Part shown: one piece after another, positions 50,798 through 60,245 of the stretch | How positions within the stretch are numbered: position 1 is the stretch's first letter | How the letters are laid out: every line of letters begins with the position of its first letter | Origin: a virus | Taxonomy: Duplodnaviria; Heunggongvirae; Uroviricota; Caudoviricetes | Reading direction: 5' to 3' (one strand) | Length of the DNA stretch: 64,000 nt | Virus record (IMG/VR): IMGVR_UViG_3300026488_000246 | Location: 83,463-147,462 of that record | The notes under the pieces: generated by a model | Told to the model about the DNA's origin: nothing | Databases searched by the model: none | What the model saw: only the letters and a program-made list of their open reading frames with translations | Position numbers and translations under genes: made by a program

Positions 50798-51235
50798 GTG
50801 AAATCTCTAACTCTTGGTTTCACAACTAACTCTTCTTCTGTATGTAAAGTAATCATATTTCAAAAGAAATCTTCATCCAATCTTAAAGATGTAGATTTCT
50901 ACTTCAAGAAACACTTTGAAGAAACTCTCAACTCGTGGAAACAAGAAGGTTGCATTAACAAAGAGTTAAGGAATGAGTTGGAAAGCTCCATCAGAAAAAC
51001 TTTATCCTCATTCATTGATGTTATCCAGAAGTCATCCTCGGATATCATATATGTCAGACAACAATCGGACTACTTTGATATTAACAACCAATTTTCCTCA
51101 CAATTGACGGAATTAGGGCCGGACGAAATTGAAATGCTTACAGAAGCTCTAGAAGAAATGCTATGTGATGCTGGTTATATTAAAAAGCTAACTATTACGA
51201 GTGATGATTGGCCCAACATAGAACAACACGATTAA
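50798..51235 (+). CDS. small protein of the TNSS N-motif family (GTG start)
   Basis: N-terminus VKSLTLGFTTNSSSVCKVIIF. RBS GGGAGG 6 nt upstream of the GTG. Confidence 0.65.
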   Translation: MKSLTLGFTTNSSSVCKVIIFQKKSSSNLKDVDFYFKKHFEETLNSWKQEGCINKELRNELESSIRKTLSSFIDVIQKSSSDIIYVRQQSDYFDINNQFSSQLTELGPDEIEMLTEALEEMLCDAGYIKKLTITSDDWPNIEQHD

Positions 51236-51257
51236 TGAATAAAGAGGAGGTAAGCAT

Positions 51258-52640
51258 ATGAATCAAACACTAGAACTCATCAAAGAATTTCTTACTGATT
51301 ATGCAACCTATGTAAACCAAACAAGAGCTAATGTTGCATTAGATGGTTTCAAAGCTGTACAGAGAAGAATATATTATGCTACATGGAATATTGCAAGAGA
51401 TAAGTTTGTTAAAACAGCAACTATCGTAGGAAATGTGTTAGCTTATTATCATCCTCATGGTGATTCATCTGTAGCTGATGCTATAGTTGGAATGGTTAGA
51501 AATGGATATCTAATTGGTAAAGGTAACTGGGGAACTAAATGTACATTAGAAGAAACAAAAGCTGCAGCTATCAGATATACAGAAGTAAAGTTTAACAAAG
51601 CTCTCAAATGGTCAATGAATTACATTAAGTATGCTGAATACACTAAATCAGATATAGACTATGATGAACCTCTGCTCATACCAACTCCTATACCAATTGG
51701 TCTTATAGGAGACCTTGTTAACTATCCTCAACCACAACAAGGAATTGGTGTTGGTATAAGAACTGTTGTACCACTCTATAAAACAGAAGATCTCAAACAG
51801 CTCATTAAAGCCTTATTCACCAATCAAGAAGTGCCTGTTGTTGATCCTTATTTTGGTTCAAATGTTAAGGTTCTTGAGTCTGATTCTTATCAGATACTTA
51901 AAAGTGGTACAGGCAAAGCTACCATTCTTCCAAACTTTAAGTATGATGATACAAGCAGAGAATTGCATATTTTTGCATTGACAAAGAATCTTCTTACTAT
52001 CATCAAACCTTGGAAAGATAAGCTTGATGTTATAGATCTAGGTAAGCCAGATCATACTCATGTGATTATCAGACCTAAGAAATATCAAAAAATAAACTTC
52101 GAGGATGTTGCAAATGAAATTCTTGTAAAAATGAAACATACAGTTTCATTTAAGATCTATGTTGCTATCCCAAATCAAGATAAACACTTTATCGTTTATC
52201 AGATTGGCGTACTACCATGGCTTAAAGCCCAATTTACCTATTATCTTGAATGTAGAAAGAATAAACTTCAACAACAGAAAGAGAAACTTGTTACCATATT
52301 AGCAGAATATGATATCATTGAGCAAATCAGACCTTACTTAGCTAACTATCTTAAACAAACAGATAAACCAAATCCTGATGAATTCATACAACAACTTCCA
52401 GATTCTTTCGATAAAGCTGCTGTGGATCAAGTATTGAGGAAGCATTCAATTAGGAAGCTTCTTTCATTGGAGCTTGACAGACAACCAATTCTCGAAGAGC
52501 TCAAACAAGTAGACCATGAACTTGATAACTTACTTGACTATGCTTTGAAAGATTTAGAAGTAGTATCATCTAAGAAAGAAAAAAGAGATCCTATGATGGA
52601 AGAAGTAGCAGAAGATCTATTCACATTTTCTGGATTCTAA
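51258..52640 (+). CDS. type II DNA topoisomerase DNA-cleavage subunit (GyrA/ParC-like, T4 gp52-type)
   Basis: YHPHGDSSVADAIVGM. Active-site region AAAIRYTEVKF. RBS AGAGGAGG. Confidence 0.75.
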   Translation: MNQTLELIKEFLTDYATYVNQTRANVALDGFKAVQRRIYYATWNIARDKFVKTATIVGNVLAYYHPHGDSSVADAIVGMVRNGYLIGKGNWGTKCTLEETKAAAIRYTEVKFNKALKWSMNYIKYAEYTKSDIDYDEPLLIPTPIPIGLIGDLVNYPQPQQGIGVGIRTVVPLYKTEDLKQLIKALFTNQEVPVVDPYFGSNVKVLESDSYQILKSGTGKATILPNFKYDDTSRELHIFALTKNLLTIIKPWKDKLDVIDLGKPDHTHVIIRPKKYQKINFEDVANEILVKMKHTVSFKIYVAIPNQDKHFIVYQIGVLPWLKAQFTYYLECRKNKLQQQKEKLVTILAEYDIIEQIRPYLANYLKQTDKPNPDEFIQQLPDSFDKAAVDQVLRKHSIRKLLSLELDRQPILEELKQVDHELDNLLDYALKDLEVVSSKKEKRDPMMEEVAEDLFTFSGF

Positions 52641-52681
52641 TGACAAGCTATCTGAATGTTTTTGCTAGGAAGAGGTGAGAA

Positions 52682-53128
52682 ATGCTCAGCTACAGATTCG
52701 AAAATAACGGTTCTTTAGTTCAAGTTTATCCTTTGGATGAAAGGTCATATATTGCATTACTTGACATATTAACCTATCTAGGTTTTCACTGGCTTGAAGG
52801 TCAAAAACCTAACACATGGATTCCAGAAAGATTAGGATATCTTACACTTAATACAACGGAGAAATGGCTTAGGTACACATATGATAATGCGAAACTATTT
52901 TTAGAACAAACAGTTCCACTTTTAGAAAGTCTTGGATTCATAAAAGGAACGCGTAGACAATACGAGAATCCAGCTTTCGAATCATTCATACTTCTAGATG
53001 AATGCCAGCTTAAATCAATCAGCGCTCTCATGAAAGACTTCCGTAGTTTAGCAGAAACATCTCCACAAATTTCATTTGATGAAAATACTTTAGGTGATCT
53101 TCTGGAGAGTGAGACAATGGTTGTTTAG
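52682..53128 (+). CDS. hypothetical protein
   Basis: RBS AAGAGGTG. Confidence 0.6.
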   Translation: MLSYRFENNGSLVQVYPLDERSYIALLDILTYLGFHWLEGQKPNTWIPERLGYLTLNTTEKWLRYTYDNAKLFLEQTVPLLESLGFIKGTRRQYENPAFESFILLDECQLKSISALMKDFRSLAETSPQISFDENTLGDLLESETMVV

Positions 53129-53150
53129 AAATGACAAAGGGAGGTAGATA

Positions 53151-54317
53151 ATGTATGACAAGTACCATCTAACAACACTCAATACTATCAAACAACTTGG
53201 AATTGACTCAGGACATATAACTGTTTTTGAGTTATTCTTTAGAGAACCTGGTCCTGATAATGAACCAATCAAGACAGCTTATATTAACCCAAAACTCTTT
53301 AATGAAATTGTAAGAAAAACTATAAAGCAAGTCTTAGACTTTCATAGTGATAAGAATCTAAGAATCAAGAAAATTCAAATGCTTGGAGATGATCCAAATC
53401 TCCCAGAAATTGTAGATGTAGAACCAAGATGTCCATTAGTAAGAGTTATAGGAGAAGGTCTAGATCCTATCATATTTGAATCAGCTTTATTGAATGTCGT
53501 ACAACGAGAAATCATCTATCAAACAAGATTACTTGAGATCATACAAGATGATATGATTATGGATATATTCAAAAGAATATCAGATTTTGGATTCAGGAGA
53601 GCACCAAGTATTGATTCAGCTGATAGATTTGCAGAATTAGCAATTAGATTTGGTCTTACATCTTCTAATATGAATCTTTTTAGCAAGTACCCAGATAAGA
53701 TTATTGGAACACTTCCACATGCATTCATCCAATATGCATCTGTTATTGAATCTAATAGCACAGAAATCGACAAACTTATTGAGAAAGAAACTCAGATATG
53801 GGTTCATCTTCTTGAGAATAGACTAACGAATGTAATCCTTCCAGATGCTCACAATTTCATAAAAGTTGTTGAAAATGTTGCAAAACATATTGCAACATAT
53901 AAACCAAATATTAAAGGTTTTATTGTAAGGATTGATTCAGGAGATGTAATAGGCAACATTAAATTCATAGCACAACTTTCCCAAAACTATAAGCTAGATA
54001 TCAAATGTATTATCTCAGGTGACCTCAATTACGAGAAACTTAAACAGTATGCTTTACTTATCGATAAAGAGAATCTTGAAAGATACGTTTATGGTGCAGC
54101 TATAGGTTCACAAGTTGTATCAAACTTTAAACCACTCTCTATTGTATACAAACTAGTTCAAGTTGATGATAAACCAGTTACTAAATTTGCATCTTCTAAA
54201 GGATATGAACCAGGTCCACATCAAATCTATGTACGAGATGATGGTTTGATTGTTGGTAGAGAACGCATCACCATTGAAGATGCTTTAAGAAGAAATGATG
54301 TGTATGAATGGGTCTAA
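53151..54317 (+). CDS. hypothetical protein
   Basis: RBS AGGGAGG. Confidence 0.65.
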   Translation: MYDKYHLTTLNTIKQLGIDSGHITVFELFFREPGPDNEPIKTAYINPKLFNEIVRKTIKQVLDFHSDKNLRIKKIQMLGDDPNLPEIVDVEPRCPLVRVIGEGLDPIIFESALLNVVQREIIYQTRLLEIIQDDMIMDIFKRISDFGFRRAPSIDSADRFAELAIRFGLTSSNMNLFSKYPDKIIGTLPHAFIQYASVIESNSTEIDKLIEKETQIWVHLLENRLTNVILPDAHNFIKVVENVAKHIATYKPNIKGFIVRIDSGDVIGNIKFIAQLSQNYKLDIKCIISGDLNYEKLKQYALLIDKENLERYVYGAAIGSQVVSNFKPLSIVYKLVQVDDKPVTKFASSKGYEPGPHQIYVRDDGLIVGRERITIEDALRRNDVYEWV

Positions 54318-54353
54318 AAGACTAGTGTAAACTAATAAACAAGGAGGATCATC

Positions 54354-54602
54354 ATGAGAAAAGTACTTCTCGTGGTACTTCTAGGGTGTCTCTTAAGCGC
54401 ACCATCTTATGCTAGTGTATGGCAAACTCAATGTGCAGGATGCCACAATGGGTCTTTAGCACCAAGTAAGACTCAACTGAAAGCTAAGTATTCCAAAAAC
54501 GAGTTTGTTAAGAGAGCATTAGAATCAAGCAATCCTATGATGTCTGCTTTCAAAAACAACAAAGATGTTATTCAGAAAGCTGCTGATGAATTATACAAGT
54601 AG
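54354..54602 (+). CDS. small secreted mono-haem c-type cytochrome-like protein
   Basis: Signal peptide MRKVLLVVLLGCLLSAPSYA. CxxCH haem-binding motif (CAGCH). Downstream Met residues (NPMMSAF). Confidence 0.5.
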   Translation: MRKVLLVVLLGCLLSAPSYASVWQTQCAGCHNGSLAPSKTQLKAKYSKNEFVKRALESSNPMMSAFKNNKDVIQKAADELYK

Positions 54603-54615
54603 CAAGGAGATGAAT

Positions 54616-54924
54616 ATGAAACTTGTATGCCCTAAATGTGGTACACCCATAACAAAAGATACGTTATTTGTAAACGTTGATTTTGTGTTAGGTATTCCTA
54701 TTTACTCTAAAGCATTTGGATACAAGGATGGTAAGGTTGTGGAAGTAGAGGAATTTTGCGAACCTGATATATCTGGAGTTGGAAGCATAGAATTCATCTG
54801 TAAGAAGTGTAATTCCCCATTGGAATCTAAAGAGTTGCATGACATATATGAGAAAGTTTATGATGAATCAGATTGTGATTATGTAGCAGCCATAAAAGCT
54901 GTTTACGAAAGTTTAGAAGAATAA
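54616..54924 (+). CDS. zinc-ribbon protein
   Basis: CPKCGT...CKKCNSP. RBS AAGGAG. Confidence 0.5.
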   Translation: MKLVCPKCGTPITKDTLFVNVDFVLGIPIYSKAFGYKDGKVVEVEEFCEPDISGVGSIEFICKKCNSPLESKELHDIYEKVYDESDCDYVAAIKAVYESLEE

Positions 54925-54941
54925 GAGTTTCAATAGCAACA

Positions 54942-54968
54942 GGGAGGGTCAAGAATCCCTCCCTTTTC
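54942..54968 (+). terminator. rho-independent terminator
   Basis: GGGAGGG ... CCCTCCC, then TTTT. Confidence 0.65.
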
Positions 54969-55000
54969 CCCACAAAACTAAAGAAAAAGGAGGTAGAACC

Positions 55001-55447
55001 ATGAGGAGTTGCTCTGTTGGATTCGTAACTAACAGCTCAAGCTATGTTGCTTGTATCATTTATTCTGGTAAGTTTGACAAAGAGAAGTTTGATGCATTTA
55101 GCAAAAACATACTCAATCACAAGTGGATGAGCGACGAGTTTAAAAATGATGAAACTGTCAAGCAAATCACACCTGTAATCATTGAGAAACTTAAGAGAAT
55201 CTTGGAACCATCCACAACAGTAACTTTTGCATTTGAAAATATGTACGGAAATCCACCACATTGCACAATTGCAGGATGTGATGGTGTGCTTGATATTCGA
55301 GATTACTTTCCAGAAGAATGGTTTGAAAGTATGGATAGTGCACCAGAAATGTGGCTAACTAATGGTTACTGGTTCTGCGATCAACTTGAAAATCTACTAC
55401 AAGAATCTGGATTCACTATTCCAAAAGTTGTGTTTGACTTCCGTTAA
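55001..55447 (+). CDS. small protein of the TNSS N-motif family
   Basis: N-terminus MRSCSVGFVTNSSSYVACIIY. Confidence 0.7.
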   Translation: MRSCSVGFVTNSSSYVACIIYSGKFDKEKFDAFSKNILNHKWMSDEFKNDETVKQITPVIIEKLKRILEPSTTVTFAFENMYGNPPHCTIAGCDGVLDIRDYFPEEWFESMDSAPEMWLTNGYWFCDQLENLLQESGFTIPKVVFDFR

Positions 55448-55773
55448 AGAAGAGATGATGGTGAATTCTAAGTAGTATGTTGGATCAGACTTTAAAACTG
55501 GTCACTAACTCTTATCTTGGAAGATGGAACTCTCGAAAAACGTTAACTTTACAATAAACTTTTAGATAGCTTTCAAAGATTTGAAGGATTATCTGGGGGG
55601 GAAGTCAATCTCCCCCCCATTGATCTCCTATAATCGGCTTAAAGCGTACAATAAGAGAATAGAGCGCTTAGAAATCGGATCACTAAGAGCGATGTTATGA
55701 CGAGAATGATCGTTATTTCAGGTGAAGGATGAAGGTGTTGTATGCATTCAATAAATCTTTGTGTTTACCATCA

Positions 55774-55827
55774 TAGTAACCTAACCATATAATTGTATAC
55801 AACTACATTACAAAATGAAACGCTTCC
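55774..55827 (+). promoter_or_regulatory. intergenic cassette A
   Basis: TAGTAACCTAACCATATAATTGTATACAACTACATTACAAAATGAAACGCTTCC. Confidence 0.55.
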
Positions 55828-55842
55828 ACCAATGGAGGGAAT

Positions 55843-56859
55843 ATGAACGTAGAGAACATCAACAAGAAGAAAGTTGGAGTTTTTGTAGTTACAGGTATAA
55901 TTTCTCTCATAATTTTCATTCTAGTAGCATCTAGTATCGTTAGAATTGAGACTGGTTCTGTTGGCATCAAATCTATCTTTGGAAAATACGAAGAAAAAGA
56001 ATTACAGCCAGGACTTCACTTTGTCAATCCTTTCACAACAGATGTAATCATCGTTGATACTCATGTGCATGCTATCACATATAAGAAAGGTATGCATGGT
56101 GAAAAGGATAATGGTGTAATCTATCTACCAGATATAGTCGTAAGAGATTCAAGAGGTCTTCCTGTATCTGTTGAGTTGACTGTGCAATATAAACTAAAAC
56201 CAGAATTTGCTGCAGAGATGTATGCTAAATGGGGTGAGAATTGGGAGGAAAAACTTATTAACCCTGTTGTAAGATCAGCGGTTAGAGATGTCATTGGTAA
56301 ATATGCAGCAGAAGAAATTCCATCTCATAGATCTGAAATCGAACAAGCAATCATATCAAGGATTCAAAAAGAGATTTTGAAAAACTCCAATGGATGGGTT
56401 GAAGTTATTGGAGTTAACATGAGGAAAATCACACTTCCTCAATCTGTTATGGAGAAGATACAAGAGGTTCAGAAAGCATCATTAGAAGCACAAAAGATGA
56501 AACAGATGATTGTCATAGCTCAAAGGCAACAGCAAGCCGAGAAGATTCAGGCTGAGACTGAGAAACTTAAGAAGGTTATAGCAGCTCAAGCTGAAGCTCA
56601 AGAAAGAATCGAAAGAGCAAAAGGTTTAGCGGAATCTAAGAAACTTCAAGCAAAAGCTGAAGCTGATGCATTACTTATGAAAGCAGAAGCTCAAGCAAAG
56701 GCTAACCAAATGATTGCTAAGTCCTTAACTCCTCAACTCATTGAGCTTAAAAGAATTGAAGTTATGAAAGAACAAGCGAAAGCTTTAGCTAATAATCCAA
56801 ACATTAAGATTTGGGTAGGTGCTCCTAAAGAAGGTATGTTTGTTTTTCCATTGAAATGA
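55843..56859 (+). CDS. SPFH/band-7 (stomatin/prohibitin/HflC-like) membrane protein
   Basis: N-terminal TM helix. VRIETGSVGIKSIFGKY..LQPGLHFVNPF. C-terminal Ala/Glu/Lys coiled coil. Confidence 0.65.
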   Translation: MNVENINKKKVGVFVVTGIISLIIFILVASSIVRIETGSVGIKSIFGKYEEKELQPGLHFVNPFTTDVIIVDTHVHAITYKKGMHGEKDNGVIYLPDIVVRDSRGLPVSVELTVQYKLKPEFAAEMYAKWGENWEEKLINPVVRSAVRDVIGKYAAEEIPSHRSEIEQAIISRIQKEILKNSNGWVEVIGVNMRKITLPQSVMEKIQEVQKASLEAQKMKQMIVIAQRQQQAEKIQAETEKLKKVIAAQAEAQERIERAKGLAESKKLQAKAEADALLMKAEAQAKANQMIAKSLTPQLIELKRIEVMKEQAKALANNPNIKIWVGAPKEGMFVFPLK

Positions 56860-56864
56860 TTATC

Positions 56865-56893
56865 GGAGGGGCATTCTGCCCCTCTCTTTTTTA
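56865..56893 (+). terminator. rho-independent terminator
   Basis: GAGGGGCATTCTGCCCCTC, then T-run. Confidence 0.7.
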
Positions 56894-56948
56894 TTGAACA
56901 TGATTTCTGAATAGCTCATAAGAAATTTTGAGAAGAGGTAATGAAAGT

Positions 56949-57263
56949 ATGTTTAACTTAAAAGTTGTCAAAGTTACTTCAAGTGCAGAAACAGAAGTAT
57001 TCAAAGCAACAAATGATACAGTAATCAAGAGTCTATCAATACTATTTCCAAATAATGCTGGAATGAAAACCGTAAATCTATATTTCAAGGAATCCCCATC
57101 GTCAGACAAAGCTGCATTCTTATACAATAAAATGGTAACAAAAGATGGTGTTTATCTGAGCAACATATTTCTTGGTCCTGAAAATGTGATAACTGTTGAG
57201 TGCCCAGATTTGACATCAGGTGATACACTTGACGTTATAATTCAGTACATCGAACTAACCTAA
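56949..57263 (+). CDS. hypothetical protein
   Basis: RBS GAGAAGAGG. Confidence 0.5.
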   Translation: MFNLKVVKVTSSAETEVFKATNDTVIKSLSILFPNNAGMKTVNLYFKESPSSDKAAFLYNKMVTKDGVYLSNIFLGPENVITVECPDLTSGDTLDVIIQYIELT

Positions 57264-57279
57264 ACGAGGAAGGTGAGGA

Positions 57280-59283
57280 ATGCCAAACATCAAGACTAGT
57301 TATGATTTCAATGGCCAAAATGTAAAAGTTAAATCCACTGAATTAGCTGATAATAGCTATGTTTATCCTGGTGATTTGATTGTTGACAAAACTTCAAATA
57401 AAATCTACATTGTCAAGAAAGCTTGTAACTTTGAAAAAAGTAAAATAGAAGTTTTAGTTAATTCAGGTTCACTTGCTCCAGTTGAGGCTGAGTTGCTAAA
57501 AGTCTCTAAACCTACGGTTAAAGCATCAAGCAATTATGCAAAACCTGGTGATACAGTAACATTAACAGCTTCTGGGTCTCACTCACCAGACTCACCAAAC
57601 ATTACATATCATTGGGTCTTACCAGATGGGACAACAAAAGAAGGTGATACATTGTTGTTTGTAGTTCCTGCTTCTGCAAAAGAAGGTGATAAGTATACAA
57701 TACTATGCTATGCTACAGATGACTTAAATAACAAATCACCATCAGAATCTGTAACCATAAATGTTGTTGAAAACTATCCACCTGTAATTCAGAAAATCGA
57801 ATGGAGTTCAGAAATACTTGTTGCAGGAAATACATATCATGCAAAAATGACAGCAATTGATCCTGAAGCTACAGCTTTAACATATACATTAACAGCAAGT
57901 GACCCAACAATTACTATAACAGAAACAACACCTGGTGAATGGGATGTTTCATTTCCTAAGAAATCAACTACATATACAGTAGATTTTACATTCACAGTTA
58001 CAGATGCAGATGGAAGATCAGCAACTGAAAAACAGACTAAGACAATTCTAGTTGTTAAAGAGAGAGTCTTTCAGTTTCCAGATAGCGATACAGAATCTGT
58101 TTATGCAAAAACCGTTGATAATTCATTGTTTGTTTATGTAGTACAATATACTAAGCAAAACAAGGTTTGGGTTGGCACAATTGATATTAGTGGAAACATT
58201 CATAAGCAATTTGAAATTCCAGATTTTAATGTTGAATCTGCTGGTTATGCAAATAACTACTTAGTCCTAATAGGGAAGAATACTTCAAATGAAACAAGAA
58301 TAATCAAGACAGATTTAGATGGTAATATTGTTAAAGCAATAACACATGATTTCGATTATGCCCATTGTATTGTTAATGATAACAACCTATACTCATTGTT
58401 TGTCAATTCAGATGACGTACATTGGGGTAGATATGTCTTATTTGATGACAACTTAAATCTAATTGTAGCAAAGAAAGTAGAATACAATAGAACTGGTGAT
58501 AAATATTCAGACTCGCACAGAAGGTTTATGGATTTCGCTAATGCTAAGTTGGTAGTTTCAGGTGATAACTTTGAAGTTGTTTCAAGATCATTATTGTATT
58601 ACATGAATAGAGATGAAGCACGAGTAAGGATTAAACTCGATGGAACTTTAGAACCTATAGGTTATAGAAATTCACCAGATGGTGTGTTTAAGATTATTGG
58701 GCATCATAATACGTTTACAAGTTATCGTACTATGTATGGAAAGTATGTAGCCCTCACATGTGATGCTTTTACTGGAAAATTCTTGATTTATGCATGGGAT
58801 GGTACAGAAAATAAGCCTGACAATCAGAATTGGATCGTAGCTTCTTATTCACTGTTAAAGAATAGGCCAATAGTACAGGGTAATACTGATAGGCTTCTCT
58901 TTGATCAATATACAACTAACCAAGATGATCATTGGAATATTTTCAGATTGAATAACAAGTTTAGTTTCAAAGAAGGATTTGAATCAGTTGCATTTACAAG
59001 TTTTGGATACGAGTTTTTCATAGGTAATATAGATAACAAAGCTAGCTTCATAGGTCTATTGCAATCATATGATCTGACAGATAGAGGATGTGGTGGTGTA
59101 AACATTTCTCCATATGATGGTTCGTTTTACAGGGTGAGTAGCTATAGCGATTCATGGTCATCTATCACTCACTCAAGTTATCAGCTTTATTTCTATGATT
59201 TCATTGTTAATACATCTACAGTCACATCAACAATCTCTACAAACTCAACATCAATTATGTTTGTATCTTGTGAATTAACATAA
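57280..59283 (+). CDS. large hypothetical protein with PKD/Ig-like domain
   Basis: SGSHSPDSPNITYHWVLPDGTTKEGDTL. RBS GAAGGTGAGG. Confidence 0.5.
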   Translation: MPNIKTSYDFNGQNVKVKSTELADNSYVYPGDLIVDKTSNKIYIVKKACNFEKSKIEVLVNSGSLAPVEAELLKVSKPTVKASSNYAKPGDTVTLTASGSHSPDSPNITYHWVLPDGTTKEGDTLLFVVPASAKEGDKYTILCYATDDLNNKSPSESVTINVVENYPPVIQKIEWSSEILVAGNTYHAKMTAIDPEATALTYTLTASDPTITITETTPGEWDVSFPKKSTTYTVDFTFTVTDADGRSATEKQTKTILVVKERVFQFPDSDTESVYAKTVDNSLFVYVVQYTKQNKVWVGTIDISGNIHKQFEIPDFNVESAGYANNYLVLIGKNTSNETRIIKTDLDGNIVKAITHDFDYAHCIVNDNNLYSLFVNSDDVHWGRYVLFDDNLNLIVAKKVEYNRTGDKYSDSHRRFMDFANAKLVVSGDNFEVVSRSLLYYMNRDEARVRIKLDGTLEPIGYRNSPDGVFKIIGHHNTFTSYRTMYGKYVALTCDAFTGKFLIYAWDGTENKPDNQNWIVASYSLLKNRPIVQGNTDRLLFDQYTTNQDDHWNIFRLNNKFSFKEGFESVAFTSFGYEFFIGNIDNKASFIGLLQSYDLTDRGCGGVNISPYDGSFYRVSSYSDSWSSITHSSYQLYFYDFIVNTSTVTSTISTNSTSIMFVSCELT

Positions 59284-59296
59284 ACGGAGAACCAAC

Positions 59297-60154
59297 ATGA
59301 CTTACATAACTGAGAATGATTTAGTATACGACGAAAATGGTAATCTGATAGTGAGAGCTAGATACGATGAAGAAACTGGAAAAATCTTTGACATAGCAGA
59401 TTTGAATCTACGAAAATTTTACATAGATGAAAACGGCATCAAACATATCAGAAAATACAAAGAAGAATGGCAAGAGTTAGAATGTAAATGGAATGATGAA
59501 CTAGTGTTTGATGAATCATTAAAACGATGGAGAGTCAAAACTGAAAAAGAAAAACTTGAAGAGATAAAACAACAGAAAATCAATGAGTTAAAACAGAAAG
59601 CTTATGAATACATCATATCCCATTATCCATTATGGAAACAAAGTAATGATTTATCTGATAAGGAAACTATTGTAATCAAGTTAATTGCTATGTTTGATAA
59701 TGTAGTGACAGCTGATGACATAAGAAAATCAATCTACAATGTTATGGCTGGTCATACAACGTCGTACATGGAGCTTGTTAAGTATGGCGTAAAAGCTGGT
59801 TATATTCAAACAGATGAGAATGGATTTCCGTTATACACATATGAATTGAAGGATGGAAGCATAATCGTTGCTAATATTAACAGAGAATACGAAGATTCTG
59901 ATGGGAATAAACAGGTCATACCGGAAGAACTAGTAGTTGATAGACACTTACTATTCACCAAAGGTGTCAATATGAATATCATCAATGAAGCAATAGAATT
60001 AGTAGACAAGCTACTAGAGATTGTAAAAAGAATTGTTTGGAAGGATTCAGTACGTGCAAAGGTAGATGAATTAGAGCAGAAAATCTTAAATGCTAGAAGT
60101 ATTGATGAAGTAAACAACATTGATCTGTCATACATAGAGGTTCCATTTGCATAA
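59297..60154 (+). CDS. hypothetical protein
   Basis: RBS ACGGAG. Confidence 0.6.
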   Translation: MTYITENDLVYDENGNLIVRARYDEETGKIFDIADLNLRKFYIDENGIKHIRKYKEEWQELECKWNDELVFDESLKRWRVKTEKEKLEEIKQQKINELKQKAYEYIISHYPLWKQSNDLSDKETIVIKLIAMFDNVVTADDIRKSIYNVMAGHTTSYMELVKYGVKAGYIQTDENGFPLYTYELKDGSIIVANINREYEDSDGNKQVIPEELVVDRHLLFTKGVNMNIINEAIELVDKLLEIVKRIVWKDSVRAKVDELEQKILNARSIDEVNNIDLSYIEVPFA

Positions 60155-60245
60155 GATTCAAGGGTGGGTAACCATTTTAGCTTTGTTGGTTGCCCACCCG
60201 TTATATCGTACTATATTTTGCAAAGAATGAAACTCGAAAGGAGGT

